Assembly: GCA_028534125.1 (NCBI GenBank)
Contig: CM052828.1
Location: 16,182,001 to 16,246,000, forward strand
Direction of reading: 5' to 3'
Length of the DNA stretch: 64,000 nt
From: Lama glama
Taxonomy: Eukaryota
How positions within the stretch are numbered: the first letter of the stretch is position 1; the number at the start of each line of letters is the position of its first letter. The notes below the pieces were generated by a model. It was not told the origin of the DNA and ran no database searches. It saw only the letters and a list, made by a program, of their open reading frames with translations. Positions 37,221 to 50,710 of the stretch are shown one piece after another. A program made the position numbers and the translations under genes.

Positions 37221-37894
37221 TTGGATAAATTACCCCGTCTCATGCTTTTATTTGTTTGCTTAGCCCTCCTTGTTCTAAAAGGGACTCAAGGCAACCTGCC
37301 TATTATTTTCTATTTTCTTGCAGAGCTCTAAGCACCCTGCAAAATGACTGCCATGGTGAGCAGTGTTCAGTACCAGAAAAGACCTAGGATGGCTTGCTGG
37401 GTCCACTGGACAGGAGCCTGAGGGCCCCAGTGGGAGCTGAACTTTTGTCTGGTCTTCAGAGCATGAAACTATGGATAATGGGCGAGGGGGAAAGAGATGG
37501 GGTAACCCATTTGTTCATGTGTCTGTTTACTGAGCTCCTGCTATGAGCGTAGATTTTTATTAAGCATCTATATGGGAAGCAGCTCTATCATGGAGAGAGT
37601 AAAAAGACTCTTATAAGATACCCTACTTCACAAATACGCCTTGGGAGAAGTCCCAAATTCTTCTGCATTTCCCAATTCTTATCCATTTTCCTCCCATCTC
37701 CATCCTGGCTTTTAGCTGACATTGGTAATAGAGACAATGGATAGGATTCCTCCGAATTCTTTCAACTCCCTGGAAGACACGCTCATCAAAGGCCCACCAC
37801 ACATAAGGACTCCCCGGATTGCCTGCCAGACTTGAGTGGTCAGAGTAGGTTCTAGGAGAGGGTGTAGACCTGACGTTCTTAGGATAAAGACAAA

Positions 37895-38605
37895 GTCAAC
37901 AGAAAATCACAAGTGCCAGTCGAGGACATGGAGAAACTGGAAACCTTGTGCACAATGGTGAGCATAAGAAATGGTGCAGCTGCTGTAAAAAAACAGTATG
38001 GAGGGTTCTCAAAAATTTTAGCATAGAATTACCATCTGACTCAGCAATCCCACTCCTGGGTATATACCACTAAGANNNNNNNNNNNNNNNNNNNNNNNNN
38101 NNNNNNNNNNNNNNNNNNNNNNNNNNNNNNNNNNNNNNNNNNNNNNNNNNNNNNNNNNNNNNNNNNNNNNNNNNNNNNNNNNNNNNNNNNNNNNNNNNNN
38201 NNNNCAGAACATTGTTTAGCCATAAAAAGGAATGAAATTCTGATACATGCCACAATATGGATGAAGCTTGAAAATGTGAGGCTCAGTGAAATAAGCCAGT
38301 CACAGAAGGACAGATACTGTATGATTCTACTTATATGAAATATCTCAAATAGGCAAGCTCACAGAGACAAGCAGATTGGAGGTTATCAGGGGCTGAGGGG
38401 AAGGGGAAAGGAAGACATTGCTTAATGGCCAGTTTCTGCTTCGGGTGTTTTTTTAAAAGTTCTGGAAAGAGACAGTGGTGGTGGTTGCACAACAGTGTGG
38501 GTGTAACTAATATCACTGGATTGCACATTTAGAAATACTAAACATGGCAAATTCTATGCTATATATCTTTAACCATATCAAAAGATACACTTAAAAAAAA
38601 AAAAG
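37895..38605 (+). mobile_element. L1MB-like 3' fragment (gap 38076-38204)
   Basis: aaatggtgcagctgctgt, cagcaatcccactcctgggtatatacc, gccataaaaaggaatgaaattctgatacatgc, A tail. Confidence 0.85.
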
Positions 38606-38659
38606 GCTAAGTCCCTGAACTTGCTGGTTATGGTCATGGCAGGGCCCCGGCTTACCTGG

Positions 38660-39750
38660 ATAGCTTCACTCCCTGCCTCTCATCCCCTCACTCTCCAGCC
38701 TCCTGGGGCTGGTTCAGCCTTCCTGTTCATCTCGGTCCCTCCCACCACTGGGCCACTGGCGCAAAACACAACTTTTCAGACACCAGGCTAGGTCAGGCTC
38801 CTTGGTTAGATGCTCTCAGCGCCCATGCTCCTTCTCTTCAAGGTACCACCTCCAGCGGTGGGATATCTGAATAATGTCTGACTCCCTCTGACTCCTCCGG
38901 GGACTGTTTAGTGTCTGTTTAGTCTCTGAACCGTAGCACCATTGCCCATAGCAGGCCCTCGGTAAATAAATACATGCAGGGTGAAGAAGCACATGAACGA
39001 GTGAGATATTCCACCTTGTTCTCCCCACATCCTCCATCATTGCTGTCCCATTCCTCATTATCCATATCACCTATGTCTGTCTCAAATCACGTGAATAATT
39101 TATTTATGTGCCTATGGTGTCCCTGCCTTCTCATCAGAATGCAAACCCCTCGAGAGCCTTGTCCACTGCAGTACCCCCAATATGGAACCATGCCTGCCAT
39201 CCTGTAGGGCTCAATAGACATCAATTCAGTCAAGGAATAAGCAGACTTTTCATTACCTCCTGCCTGGATTATCTTCTACTCATTTCATGGCCTCTGTACC
39301 AGTGCCAGAGTCACACATCTACAGACATTGATTTGTCCCTGTTCCACTTCTGCTTTAAGCCTTCAGTATGTGCCCAGGGCCTGGAGGTAAGGTCCCCATT
39401 CCTGTTAGGCCAGACAGTGGCCTCTCCCGACAGTCCCCATGTCACTGCTCAAATCCTCCCACGCTGGACAGCTCTGAGCTCACTGCCTAGACTGTTCTTA
39501 ACTCATGCTGTGCTCTCTCCCCAGAATACCCTTCCCTGCTTCTTTGTCTGGTTAGTACTTTATCATCCATCAAGATTGCTCAGATGTCATCTCCTTCCAG
39601 GATCCCTCCCTCAGACCTCCTGTGTGTATTCCTAACATGATACAAAATTGTTATCCTCTGGGCTCTCCCACTAGACTTGAGGCCTGGAGAGCTGGGAGCA
39701 AGTTGCGTTTATCTGGGTCCATGGCTCACTGCCTGGCATCTGGCGAGCCC
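38660..39750 (+). mobile_element. Cluster of L2 fragments
   Basis: Repeated L2 3' motifs (gctcagatgtcatctccttccagga, ctccccactagacttgag-like, gcctggca). Confidence 0.55.
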
Positions 39751-40559
39751 TCAGCAAAGAAGGGCTTCACCAAACCCTATTCTTCACAGTGAGCTTGAGA
39801 ATGATAAGAACTGTCTCTTGATTGAGACAGATGACCTCCATTCTGTCGAACCACCTTTGGACCAGGTAAAAGGGCATCTGAAGCCCTGAGTTCTGCAGGT
39901 ACCCCCTGGCCCTCCTCAGGCTGTGCCCCATCCTGTGGGGTGAGAAACCTGCAGCCCCAAGTGCATGTTCCTGCCTGGAGCTCGCACCTTCTTGTCCAGG
40001 CCTCTCTCTGGATATCCAGAGCTTGTCTTCTGCACCTTCCAAGGGGGCCCCGTGCCACCAGCGAGCATGGCTCTAGGCCAGGCGGTTGGCCAAAGCTTCT
40101 TTTTCATGGAGACTGTGGATGCTCTTAGATGTACAGGCTGGGGGGATGGGGCCACAAACATACATCAGGAATGGGATGGACCCCAAAATGGGAACAAAAG
40201 TGGGGGCAGGCTGCCCAGCCTAGAGCCAACTCTCTCTCTGTCACCATGTTCCAGAATTCCAAGGAGTCTGAGAGCTCTCAATTTCAGCTTTGTCTTCTAA
40301 CGTGCTATGAAGCCAGGAGAAAAACAGAGGTACTTCATTTAACAGTCCATTGGCTCAGTTGTAACTCTGAAACATCTAGACAAATGGTCGGTGGGCCTCT
40401 ATCTGACCCTTGGCAGGGGACTCTGTAGTGTTAAGGGCAGGTCTGCACCTCAGCCAGACAGGAGGGAAGTCCTCACCACCAGGAGGGGGACATCATGGGG
40501 TATAGGTCCCGTGGGTCTTAAACACAGAAGCCTCTAGAAATGCAAGGTAATTTTTACTC

Positions 40560-40890
40560 GAAATAGAAATCTGATACACAAATGAATACATACGATGCAC
40601 CTATGATTTACTGGCAGGCCTGAACGAGAGAAGCAGCTCTTGGTCGTCTCCGAGGAAAAAACATGCAGGAAGGGAAACAAGCAAGATTGTTCTGCCTCAA
40701 ACTGATTGATGTCAGAAGAGGAATTACCTGGGGGAGGCAGGAGGGAAGGGAGCAGGGGGGCTGCCCAGAAAGGGCCTGAGAGAAGCTTCTAGAATGCTGG
40801 AAGTGTTCCACATTTTGACCTGAGTGGCGGTTACTGGGTCACACGCATGTTAAAATTCACCAAGCTGCCCACTTGAGATTAATACGCTTT
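40560..40890 (+). mobile_element. Old L1 (L1MC/ME) 3' end
   Basis: cttctagaatgctggaagtgttccacattttgacctgagtggcggttac...aaaattcaccaagctg. Confidence 0.65.
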
Positions 40891-42104
40891 ACAAACCAGC
40901 AGTTTTTGGAGTCAGTCAGCTGGGGCTGGCCAGCTCCATGCCCTCAAGCAAGTTACTTCTCTTGTTAAAGCTCAGTTTACTCCCGGCCCCGCAGTGGGTG
41001 AGACCAGCTCCCCACCTCACAGCGCTGCGGGAGAGGCAGAAGGAGCGAGGGCTTCATCACCCTGGCTCTGCACTCTGTTCTATCAGCTACATGAACTTCT
41101 AGTATATTCACTCTGCAAGCTGGTGCTTATTAACAAGCTCGAAACTTTGAAAGGTATGGATTTGTTTAAGGGACAGTTTTTCTGAACGCAACAAAATGAG
41201 TTAGTTCTGGCCAGAACTCCCCTCCATTAACTATTTTGTCAATACCACTCATTTTCACTGACTGATTTCTTTGAAACCACACTTGGGTCTAGATGTCTTT
41301 TCTGCACAGTAAGCAGGTTTCCCCTCGGCCATCAGGCGTTGCCACGTGACTGGAATTCAATCCTCAGGGAAAGTCGAGCACGCCGTGCACACTGGCTTAT
41401 TGAAAAAGACCTTTATTGCTCTTGGGGTGGACTTCACCTTGGGCCCCCCAAAGAGGCCTGGTCCTGGCTGCTTTTGACTCCTTATGGTAATGTCTCAGCT
41501 CTAATCTAATTCATCAGGAAGCTCAGAGGAGGTGGAGAGATTTTTGTGACAGTCTCAGGTAAGCTGGGTTAGCGGTTTTTGGGTCTCACAAAATAGTGAC
41601 CATGCCTTCTTTGTTACACTGCTGCTGAATTATGCTGTCCTCTGACTTCAACTTCTAAAGGAGAAGTGGGCTTCTCCTAGAGTCCAGAAGACTCAAGAGC
41701 AGCATCCATATACATCAAACTCTACCTGATGCCGCCAATTACAAGGGACCATCCCAGGTACCAGGCGAGGACATAAAGAGGGTATCGGCCCTCGAAGGGC
41801 TTTACCAGCAATTGACGCCCTAAATGAAGTATCAAGAGTGTGAGTTTTAGCCATGGAGATGGACGTGCTGCACCTAACTGCAGTAGGAGTCAGGCTGGAC
41901 AGATACTCAAGAGAAGGGAGGGGGAAGGAACCCGAGCAGGGCACACCCTTGGCCCAGGCATGGGGGCACTGCTTCGCTTTACGTCTCGTTCAGTGCCCCC
42001 TACAGTTGAGCAGAGCTCTTAGGATTAGTCTCATTTTACAGATGAAGAAGCTGAGGTTCAGAGAAACTAAGACATGGACAAAAGTCAAAGTTTGCAAGCA
42101 GGGG

Positions 42105-42252
42105 CACGACCGACTACATCATTTGTGAGACACAAAGTGAAAATATAGGGCCCTCTCTCTAAAAATTAAGAATATTACAGCAGTGGCAGCGGCGCACGGG
42201 AGCATTCTAAGTGCAGCGTTCTGCACAGCGTGTGCCCGTGAAGCCAGCCTTG
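42105..42252 (-). mobile_element. MER45A-like hAT-Tip100 fossil within a MIR
   Basis: ctacatcatttgtgag..aaaatatagggccc..cccgtgaagccagccttg matches the recalled MER45A reverse complement. Confidence 0.7.
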
Positions 42253-42599
42253 AGTGGAGCCACTAGAAAGAATTACGGAAGGAAGGAGGGATGAATCTTG
42301 GTGGAAAGATTGATAAAATGAAAAGCTTTATTGGTAGAGATGGCAATGAACTGGAAGGGGAATGTCACTTTGGTTTCATACAGTCAGACACAAGTCTACC
42401 CTGGTGGTGCTTTTTAACCAGAGCAAGATGTAGCCAGGAGCTTAGGTATCTCCTGGAGGCAATGAGACTTATGAGTCTGTCCTGGGAGCAAGCTGCCAGT
42501 TTTTGGTTTCATTCTTTGCTGTCTGGAACATTCCCAATTCCTCTGAGAATTCTGTGACCTTCTAGACCAGCTCCAGGTTTGGACAGGACACGTCTGCCT

Positions 42600-43100
42600 A
42601 GTTCCCTATTAGTTAAAAATAAGATAAGTTGCAAATAACAGAATAATCAAGCATCAATGGCTTGAACAAATGAAGTTTTATTTTTCTCACAAAACAAAAT
42701 CTAAGAGTAGGCAGTTTCCAGCATTAGTTCAGGTTCTCAAAATGTCAGTATTGGCCTCTCTGTGAGTCTCTTGCCATTTTTCTTCAGGGCATCACCTCAT
42801 AGTTGCAATATGTTTGCTGTAGCTCCAGCCATCTTGACTGCATTCAAGATAAATAGAAGGGGAAAGGGTGACTATATGCCCAGAAGGGAAAGCAAAAACC
42901 TTCTCAGAATTCCCACCTCCAAACCGTGGCCCTTGAGTTTCACTGATCAAAGCTGGGTCACACAGCCACCCAGAATTTCCAAGAAGGGCAGGGAAACAAA
43001 GAACAGAGATGGAAATGGCCACTAAGCTGCCATGAACAAAACCGAAGTATTATTAACCATGAAAAAAGAGAGCTGGTGTTGAGCAGGACTGAAGACGACC
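42600..43100 (-). mobile_element. Old MaLR LTR (MLT1I/J/K-like)
   Basis: gttgcaaataacagaa, tggcttgaacaaa, gctgtagctccagccatc, gggtcacacagccacc. Confidence 0.6.
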
Positions 43101-43562
43101 GGTTACTCTATGGACTAATCTAGTGCCCTGAGTTCACCCCAGTCCACACGCATGTCTCCCAGAAACAGCCCAAAGGAATCCAGAGGTCGTGATTGGCCTG
43201 GGTATCAATCTAGGGGTGCCTGTTACCCCAGAACTGTGGGGAGCTAGGCAGCCTTCGCAACCTGGGCCTGTGGCCCCATGTCACCTCACCTCTCATCTTT
43301 ACAACTCACATAGAGGGTTTCAGTCTTCCCGAACATGCCCCGCCTTTCCTGTGGGACAGTGAACTCCTAGAGGGCAAGTCCATGTTCAGTTTGAAGAAAT
43401 GTATTTAAGGATGTCAACTGTCAGAAGCAGTGATTTTGCTGCAATCCACTAATGCTTACTAAAGGCTGCAACACAGACATGAGGAAAGTGATAAGAGAAA
43501 GCACAGCATTCCTGTAATAAGGTAACTTGGAGAGTCAGGGGCTTGCAGAGAAGGCTGTTGAT

Positions 43563-43880
43563 TGATCCATCCATCCATCCATTCATCCATCCATCCATTT
43601 GTGCCAAGCACTGTCCTAGGCTCTGGGACTATATTAATAAAATAAACAGGTCCCTGATCTCATGGGGCTGATCTCAATCTAGAGCAAGGATGAAGAAAAA
43701 AAAACTTAAGCAAATACACAAATACACAGGTAATATTAAATGCTTTACAGAGAGTTACAACAGGCTTTAATGGATTGGGTCATCCAGAAAAGTCTTCTCT
43801 TAACAAATGGCACCTGAGCTCAAATCTGAATGGAGGGGATGTTTCCAGAACCAGCCCTGCAAGGCGCAGGGGTAAAAAAC
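43563..43880 (-). mobile_element. L2 3' end with (TCCA)n tail
   Basis: (atcc)n followed by tgtgccaagcactgtcctaggctctggg...gtccctgatctcatggggct. Confidence 0.7.
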
Positions 43881-45481
43881 ATTTCAGGCAGATCCTAAGG
43901 AGAAATCAAGAAACAAAGCTTCAGGGCTGGGGTGTTGGGGGCCAGAGGGAGGAAGACAGGGACCTCTGAGTGCTGAGGGGCCCTGGCTCTGTCTGTGTGT
44001 GTGTGGGAGGGAGCCTCTGGGGGAAAGCTGAGTCTCAGAGGATGAGTCCAGAGAGCGAGGAGGGAGCAGGGGGAAGGGCCATCCTATGGACAAAGCAGGA
44101 TAAGGACAAAGCCCAGAGGCTGTGGGTGGCTAAAGCGGTGTGATGCGGGAGGAGGGGAAGGTCCTCTGAGACACAAGGGGTCTTGGACAAGGGTCCCTAC
44201 CATATACCCTTGGGAACTCCCTGGCTGGGGAGTGAGTGGGGAGAGGTGTCTTCCACCTGGGGGAGAGACAGAGAACCTCTAGAGGCATCAAAATACCCAG
44301 AAATGACAAGGACACACATCACGGAGGGGTCTGGGTGGCGGGAAACATAGAGTCAATCTGGGAAGTAGAAACATGGCCAGGCTTTCGTCTCTGGTACTTT
44401 ACCTATTACAGGTGTGCACTGACGGCAGTGGAATGAATGAACAGATGGTGAGAGGCTCTGAAGCTCAGGAAAAGTAGCAAGAGGGAATTTAGTTGCAGTC
44501 ACTTTTTGTTCACCAAGATGTTTCATAAAAAGACACTGACTTTTTAATTTTCCCCTACCATGACCTTCAGCAGGAGAAGTCGTCTGGAGCACTAATTTAC
44601 AAAGGTGTGAAAAGGTCAATTCAGATTTGACACCCTCCACCACGAGTTGATGCTGAGCACATCACCCCGACTTGGCTGGGAGTGGGGCTCCTGGCTTTGG
44701 TGAAATCTATTTCCCTTCCCGGGTTTTACAGTGAGCAGTGTTGGGGGAAGCTCTGGAGCAGAGGCTGCAATCCCTTCTCTGCCTTTTCTCCATCATCTCC
44801 CTTCCCATTTATTAATGCAATACTCTCCGAGTCGAGATAATGATTTAAAAGCTCTAATTTTGTTACATTCTGCAGCCTGTCTGCCATCAAGGCTGATTGT
44901 AATGAGATTTGGGAAGGAGCTGGGCTCTTAGCTGGGGTCAATTCATCTCTGGGAGAAAGTGCTACCATCAAAACACCCAGGAATTATTAGCACTTAAAGG
45001 ACAGCTGAAGAGCCCTATTAATGTGAGATGCCTGGGGAGTCCTGAAGTGTGAGGTGCAATTATATTTCTTATTTATTTCCCCTGGCTTCATATTTAAGGG
45101 TGAAGAAAAGATGGGTAGGTAAAATCGCATGAAAATCACTAAATATTTAGTAAGCCCCTGCGATGCTGTCCCAGCGCCTTGCCCGGGCACCTCAAGCTGG
45201 CACTTGGGGACTCGTGCCCATCAGCAAACGCTGGGTCTCATGTTCGCTTCTCAGCCCAGCGCTGCAGACAGGAGAGGACAGCCTGTTTTAATAAGGAATC
45301 TGAAGTTCTGAGAAAACCAGTCCCTTTCTCTAATAAGTGGCAGCAGGGGATTGAAAGCTGGCTCTTCCAATCCCGTTTTTACTGTTTTTACAAGGCTATC
45401 ACACCACTTTCTTTATGTGCCAGGCTCCGGGTGACGCAGTCTGGGGGTCTGGAGAGATTATAGCACACGGTCTCTCTCCTA

Positions 45482-45615
45482 ACAGTGCTTCCCAACCCTG
45501 CCTGCATGTTAGACTGAGCTAGGAAGCTTTAAAGGAAGAAAACAGGCCAAAACCTGGGTGTCACCCCGAGAGATTCTGCTTTAATAAGATGAGGTCAAGC
45601 CCAGACCCTTTGAGT
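45482..45615. mobile_element. MER5A-like hAT-Charlie fragment
   Basis: cagtgcttcccaaccctgcctgcatgttaga...agagattctgctttaat. Confidence 0.65.
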
Positions 45616-45814
45616 TTATGGGGATGAGAGAGAAGGAAGGCTATGGGAGAGGCAGTGAGTGGTACGGGGGCCGTGGTTACTGTTACTTGTTTTTATTAAT
45701 AGCAATGCTTTAGTGACAGCAATAACAGGCAGATGCCCTGCCGGCTACCAGGCCTTATCACACGCAATCCCACTACACGAGGTAGAGAACTCTACTGACA
45801 ATTTTAGGGAACTT

Positions 45815-46010
45815 AATACAGCAGAGTGAGACGGATTAAGGGCTTGGAACTAATAGGAACTGACTTCAAAACCAGGTTCTGCTGGTTTCTATTTGTGTGA
45901 TTTTGAACAAGTCACTTAAACCTCTTGAAATCAAATTTGCCTGGTTTGTAAAAGGGGATGTAAAAATTGCCCTAAGTTATAGGGTGTGTAGATCAAATGG
46001 AAGAAAGCGT
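45815..46010 (+). mobile_element. MIR SINE
   Basis: tgtgtgattttgaacaagtcacttaaacctc. Confidence 0.65.
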
Positions 46011-46619
46011 GTCTTTGAACTTTGTAGGATCGATTATGTAGCCATCAAAACAACATCCTGATGATGCTACAGAGACAAAAACTGAGGCTCAGAGCAGGAA
46101 GGAATTTGCCCAAGGTCACAGGTGGGACAGACACACGCCTGCTACAGATCAGCGTCACCCCCTCTACTGTGGGCCTAGAGGATTAAACCATCAGATGAGT
46201 ATTTTCACGGCACCTGCTTGCCCTGAAAGCATTTGCATCTTTGGGCCTCTGTCTTAAAGGAGGGGTAGGATAATGTGTGCGGAGAGGAGTAGGAAGGGCT
46301 TTCTAATGCCTTTGGATAGTGAAGGTCCGAGACCAAAATGTTCCCAGTGCTGGGGGAGATCACAGAATAGACCACACTCTCTAGGGCTGAGAGTTTACAT
46401 TCAGATAACTGGAGCAGTTTAACGCTGGAAGGCATAGCAACTGCAGGTTTCACGAGAGAAAAGAAAATTGGAAAACCTCCAGAGGTAGAATGAGACTTAA
46501 GGTTTCTAAAATAGTGGCTATAAAAAGACTTTGCTCAGAATCTGGGGCAGACTCGCCTTGCCTGTAGCGGTTCTGAGGATCAGCTGAAATAGTGGACGAG
46601 TGCTTTAAAAACTCGGAAG

Positions 46620-46792
46620 CAGCGGCTCTCAGCGCTGGCTGCATATCAGAATCGCCTGGGGAGCTTTCAGAAGACTGGAGAAGTGGGGGCCCCACCCCCG
46701 ACCGATTAAGTCAGCAAGCTGGGGTGGGCCGTGCAGTAAAAGCTCCCCAGGCAAATCAACTGTGCAGTTAGACCTGAGAAACCAAGACTCTG
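46620..46792. mobile_element. MER5A-like hAT-Charlie element
   Basis: cagcggctctcagcgctggctgcatatcagaatcgcctggggagcttt...aagctccccagg...tgagaaacca. Confidence 0.8.
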
Positions 46793-47637
46793 AAGCATCA
46801 GGCAAATCTGAGTTGTAATTATGTTTAGAACTGGGACTATTATGGAATATGGTGCCCACCTTCTACTGAGATTCACATAGCAACTAACAGCTTTAATCTG
46901 CAACAGAAGGGACCAGTTACACCTAAGGAGAGGCTGCCTGTCCTGAGGGGGGATTAAAAGCATCCCTCGTGCTTCCCTCTCTAGAGTGACACAAGCAGAG
47001 CCGTCCATGGAAGACCACGAGGCCCCCGGCCTTCATTTGCTCTTTAATAAAGGAAGTAAACAGAAAAACATGCAGATAATATTTAAGGCTGGGCTGGACC
47101 AAGGGGAGCAGGAGGTGGAGCTCAAGAACACAGCAGCTTTAAAACCAGCTCCTCCTGTTTCGGAATGAGGATGAGTTTCTATCTCCCAGGTCTGCACACA
47201 TCTAGCTCCCCCACAATAAATATTTGTCATCTGTACTGAGGATACTGACACTTTAAAAAGTAACAGTTTTCTGACTGTGTAAAAAAATACATGTTCATTT
47301 TCAAAATTTGGAAATTAATATAAAAAATTGAAGTCGCCCATAATCCCACAGCCCAGAGGCAACCCTTATTAACATTAATTAATATTATTTTTGCCTTTTT
47401 TTCCCATTCTCTGTCTGTCTGTCTATCTGTGTTTCTCTCTGTATATATATACACACACATACTTAGTAATGAAAACTTCAGCTCACTTTTTCATGGCATT
47501 GGTCACTCTTCAGTAATAATTCAGAACTGAAGCTCAGATCAGAAGAGATTCAAATTCAAATGCAGTTTCATTTAATTACAAAATAAATCCTTTTAGCGCA
47601 GTGCGTTTTCACATGATCCAATATGCTGCCTACTCTA

Positions 47638-47935
47638 CAGGCATACCTCGTTTTATTGTGTTTCACAAATAGTGTGTCGTTTACAAATTGAAGGTTTGAA
47701 GGCTTGTGGCAACCCTGTGTTGTCAGATGATGGTTAGCATTTTTTTTAGCAATAAATTATTTTTAAATTAAGATATGTACATTGTTTTTTAGGACATAAA
47801 GATATTGCATACTTAATAGGCTATATTATAGTGTAAAGATAACTTTTATATGTACTGGGAAACCAAAAAATTCATGTGACTTGCTTTATTGCAGAGGTCT
47901 GGAACCGACACTGCAATCTCTCTGAGGTCTGCCTG
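47638..47935 (+). mobile_element. Non-autonomous Tigger1 derivative (Tigger1a_Art-like), 298 bp
   Basis: TIRs CAGGCATACCTCG ... TGAGGTCTGCCTG; TA target duplications at 47636-47637 and 47936-47937. Confidence 0.9.
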
Positions 47936-48817
47936 TACTTTGAAAAAATGAGTGATTACTGAGGAAATATATTCACCTCTAAGAAATCAATACTAGAGTT
48001 GAAGGACAAACTCTCAAATCACATCCCAGAAAGAATGCAATTTTTCTGCTCATTTTCTCAAATTATAGGAGCAGGATAGCAGACAGGTCTGAGTCGAGAC
48101 CCCAGTGTCTTCAGAAAGGGCCCTGTGAGTAGCTGAACTGGTCTCAGGGCTAAACCTGGGAGCTTGGACCGGGAGCTCCTTGGGTCCCACGTGTTATCTG
48201 CAGTGGGAGACACATGCCCCAGGAGCAAAAGCATGTAATCCGAGCCAGGAACACACAGGTATGATGCATTCCCTGTCCCTGCTGCTGGTGGCCCTCATAA
48301 ATCACTCCCAGCTCTTCCCCAGCCCTCCGCCCTGCTTCCCGGAAAGAGTGCTGAAAGTTAAGAACCAGAAATCAATTTGGCACCTGAAGAAGACCTTCCA
48401 TGTATCTCCTAGGGCACATGTGTTCTGTTGTCTCTTCCTACCCAGCTAGCTGAGCTGCAAATGCCCCCTTCACTGCCTTCCTGCCCCACTTCATTGATGA
48501 TCAGCCCAATAATCGAGAAGAGGTACTTCCTGGGGCCCTATCTAGGCGATGATATAATGAAGAGGGCCCGAGAGCCCTGTAAATAGTGCTTGTTTGTAAT
48601 CTGCATCTCTGTAAAGTTAATTAGGACAACAGTTAAAATTCTCTCTAGCAGTTTTCCACCTTGAAGTCTAATTATTCTTAGAGCACCGACCTTTTCTGAC
48701 TGCCTGTTAGGTGTCAGGCACTATGCTAGGCCCTGGAGGGAATATAGTCTGGGCCCTCAAGGAGCTGAGGTTTAGCTGGGATCAAAAGGAACAGGCTGTG
48801 ATTGGGCTATTAGTACC

Positions 48818-49063
48818 TGCGTTAGTTTCCAAAGGCTGCTATGACGACTTAGGGGGCTTCAACAACGGAAACTGTCTCCCAGTTCTGGAAGCTTGAAGTC
48901 CAAAATCAAGGTAACAAGCATGCTGGGAGGGAGAATTTGTCCCACACCTCACTCTGGGGGCCTCAGGAGTTCTTTGGCCGGTAGATGGCGCTCTCCCTGT
49001 GCCTCCACGTCCTCCTTCCTCTGTATGTGTCTCTGTGCCTAAAACTCCCTTTTGATAAGGACG
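48818..49063 (-). mobile_element. MaLR LTR (MLT1B/C-like), runs into gap 49064-49226
   Basis: ttagtttccaaaggctgctatgac, cagttctggaagcttgaagtccaaaatcaagg, ataaggac. Confidence 0.8.
48975..48993 (+). promoter_or_regulatory. Strong CTCF-like motif inside an LTR
   Basis: TGGCCGGTAGATGGCGCTC fits the CTCF core CC(A/G)(C/G)(C/T)AG(A/G)(G/T)GGC(A/G)C. Confidence 0.5.
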
Positions 49064-50189
49064 NNNNNNNNNNNNNNNNNNNNNNNNNNNNNNNNNNNNN
49101 NNNNNNNNNNNNNNNNNNNNNNNNNNNNNNNNNNNNNNNNNNNNNNNNNNNNNNNNNNNNNNNNNNNNNNNNNNNNNNNNNNNNNNNNNNNNNNNNNNNN
49201 NNNNNNNNNNNNNNNNNNNNNNNNNNATGTACGAAGCACAGAGGGGAACACAGAGGAGGACCAACAGAGCCTGGTGAGGTCTGGGGATGAGAGGACTTTC
49301 CAGAGAGGCAGGTTATTATGTGCCAAGGCCCAGGGGCAGGGATAAGCCTCCTAGAAAACAGTACCTGCGGTAGCAGGACAGGAACAACTCCCACAGCTGA
49401 GCTGTTCCCTGGTGAGGCCGCTCCAAGGACCCCAGGGTCTGGGGGAGGAAGGGAAAGAGAAGCCCCAGGAACTCAGAGACTCTCACAGCAGCAGCCCTGT
49501 GGGAGAGTCCGTTCTCCCTAGGAGGTGACTCAGGATGTCAAGGAAGGGAAGGTGCTGAGAAGAGGGGCAGTGGCTGCCCAGAAAGACACTGGAATCCCAG
49601 CACCGTCACCTTGAGTAGGCCCACCCCTGATATTTGTGCGGCCTGGGGCAAGTGGAAGCCCCGATCGCATACGTCTGTACACTTTGAAGAGAGCAGCCCC
49701 ACGAGCCTTCAGCATCTCGGTGAGGTGAGGCAGGCAAGTCAGCGGTGTGCCCCGTTACTGCTTCAAGCAAGTGTAATTATGGGGTGCGCCCCAGGGGGCT
49801 GTTTCCTGGGGGTTCTGTTGACATTTACATCCGGAGGAATGCCGTTCCTAAAGGGTTTTATAACTCAACTCTTCTAATCTATAACAACACTTTTAAAAAT
49901 AGATGCAGACACGTAATTTTCCACTCTACATGTTAGTGGAAATAAATGGCTGTAAACACCTCTCTTCTTTTGCTGGGTTGTGAACACTAGATAAGTCTCA
50001 CTTCGTCATCCTTATTCCAGTCTGGTCACCAGGATCCTAAGGTGAAGAAGCCAGCAAAGGCAGACAGGGCCAGCAGGTTGCCAGACTGTGGGGCACCATT
50101 CCCATGGCCTTTCCCCTGGAGATGTGGGATGTGACAGAACAGAACACAAATCAGAGGAAGGTTCGACCTCTGCTTCTCTGTCTCAATCC

Positions 50190-50410
50190 ATGTCTAGTGG
50201 GGCAGCTGCCTGGGCTTCGTTCCTGCCTCCAACCACCTGTTTGAACCTGGGTGATGCAACAAAGTTTCTCTGCGCCTCAGTTTCCTCATCTCCACAGCGG
50301 GGTTGGTGATGATTCCTAACGCATGGCTTTGCTGTGAGAATGAATTAGATGATGCATCTATGTGCATGATGTGAGGCCTGGCTCCTGCAGAACGTGGCAT
50401 CAGTCGTATC
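50190..50410 (+). mobile_element. MIR SINE
   Basis: tctctgcgcctcagtttcctcatct...gctgtgagaatgaattagatgatgca. Confidence 0.7.
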
Positions 50411-50710
50411 TGCTGTCATTTCTATGATGAGGATCCCTAAACTGCCTTAACAGCTGCTGTTGGTTGTGTGACAGAGGAAGAAACTGACTCCCAGGAAGTT
50501 AACTGACTCGTCTAAACTCTAGAGACTCATCAGCCTGGGGCACGAATGGAATTCGGGGTTGCTTTTTTTCTACCAATCCCTCTGAGATCATAGAGTGAAC
50601 ACCTGTAATCAGCAGGAAAAGGCCAGAAAGCATGGTCTTTCCTGGTGGAAAAGATGTAACACCTTCAAATGAATCAGGCAACCAACCTAAATGTGTAAGG
50701 GTATATCCAG

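Noticed and set aside
39108-39635. 175-aa ORF
   Set aside because: Lies in decayed L2 fragments; no coding signature.
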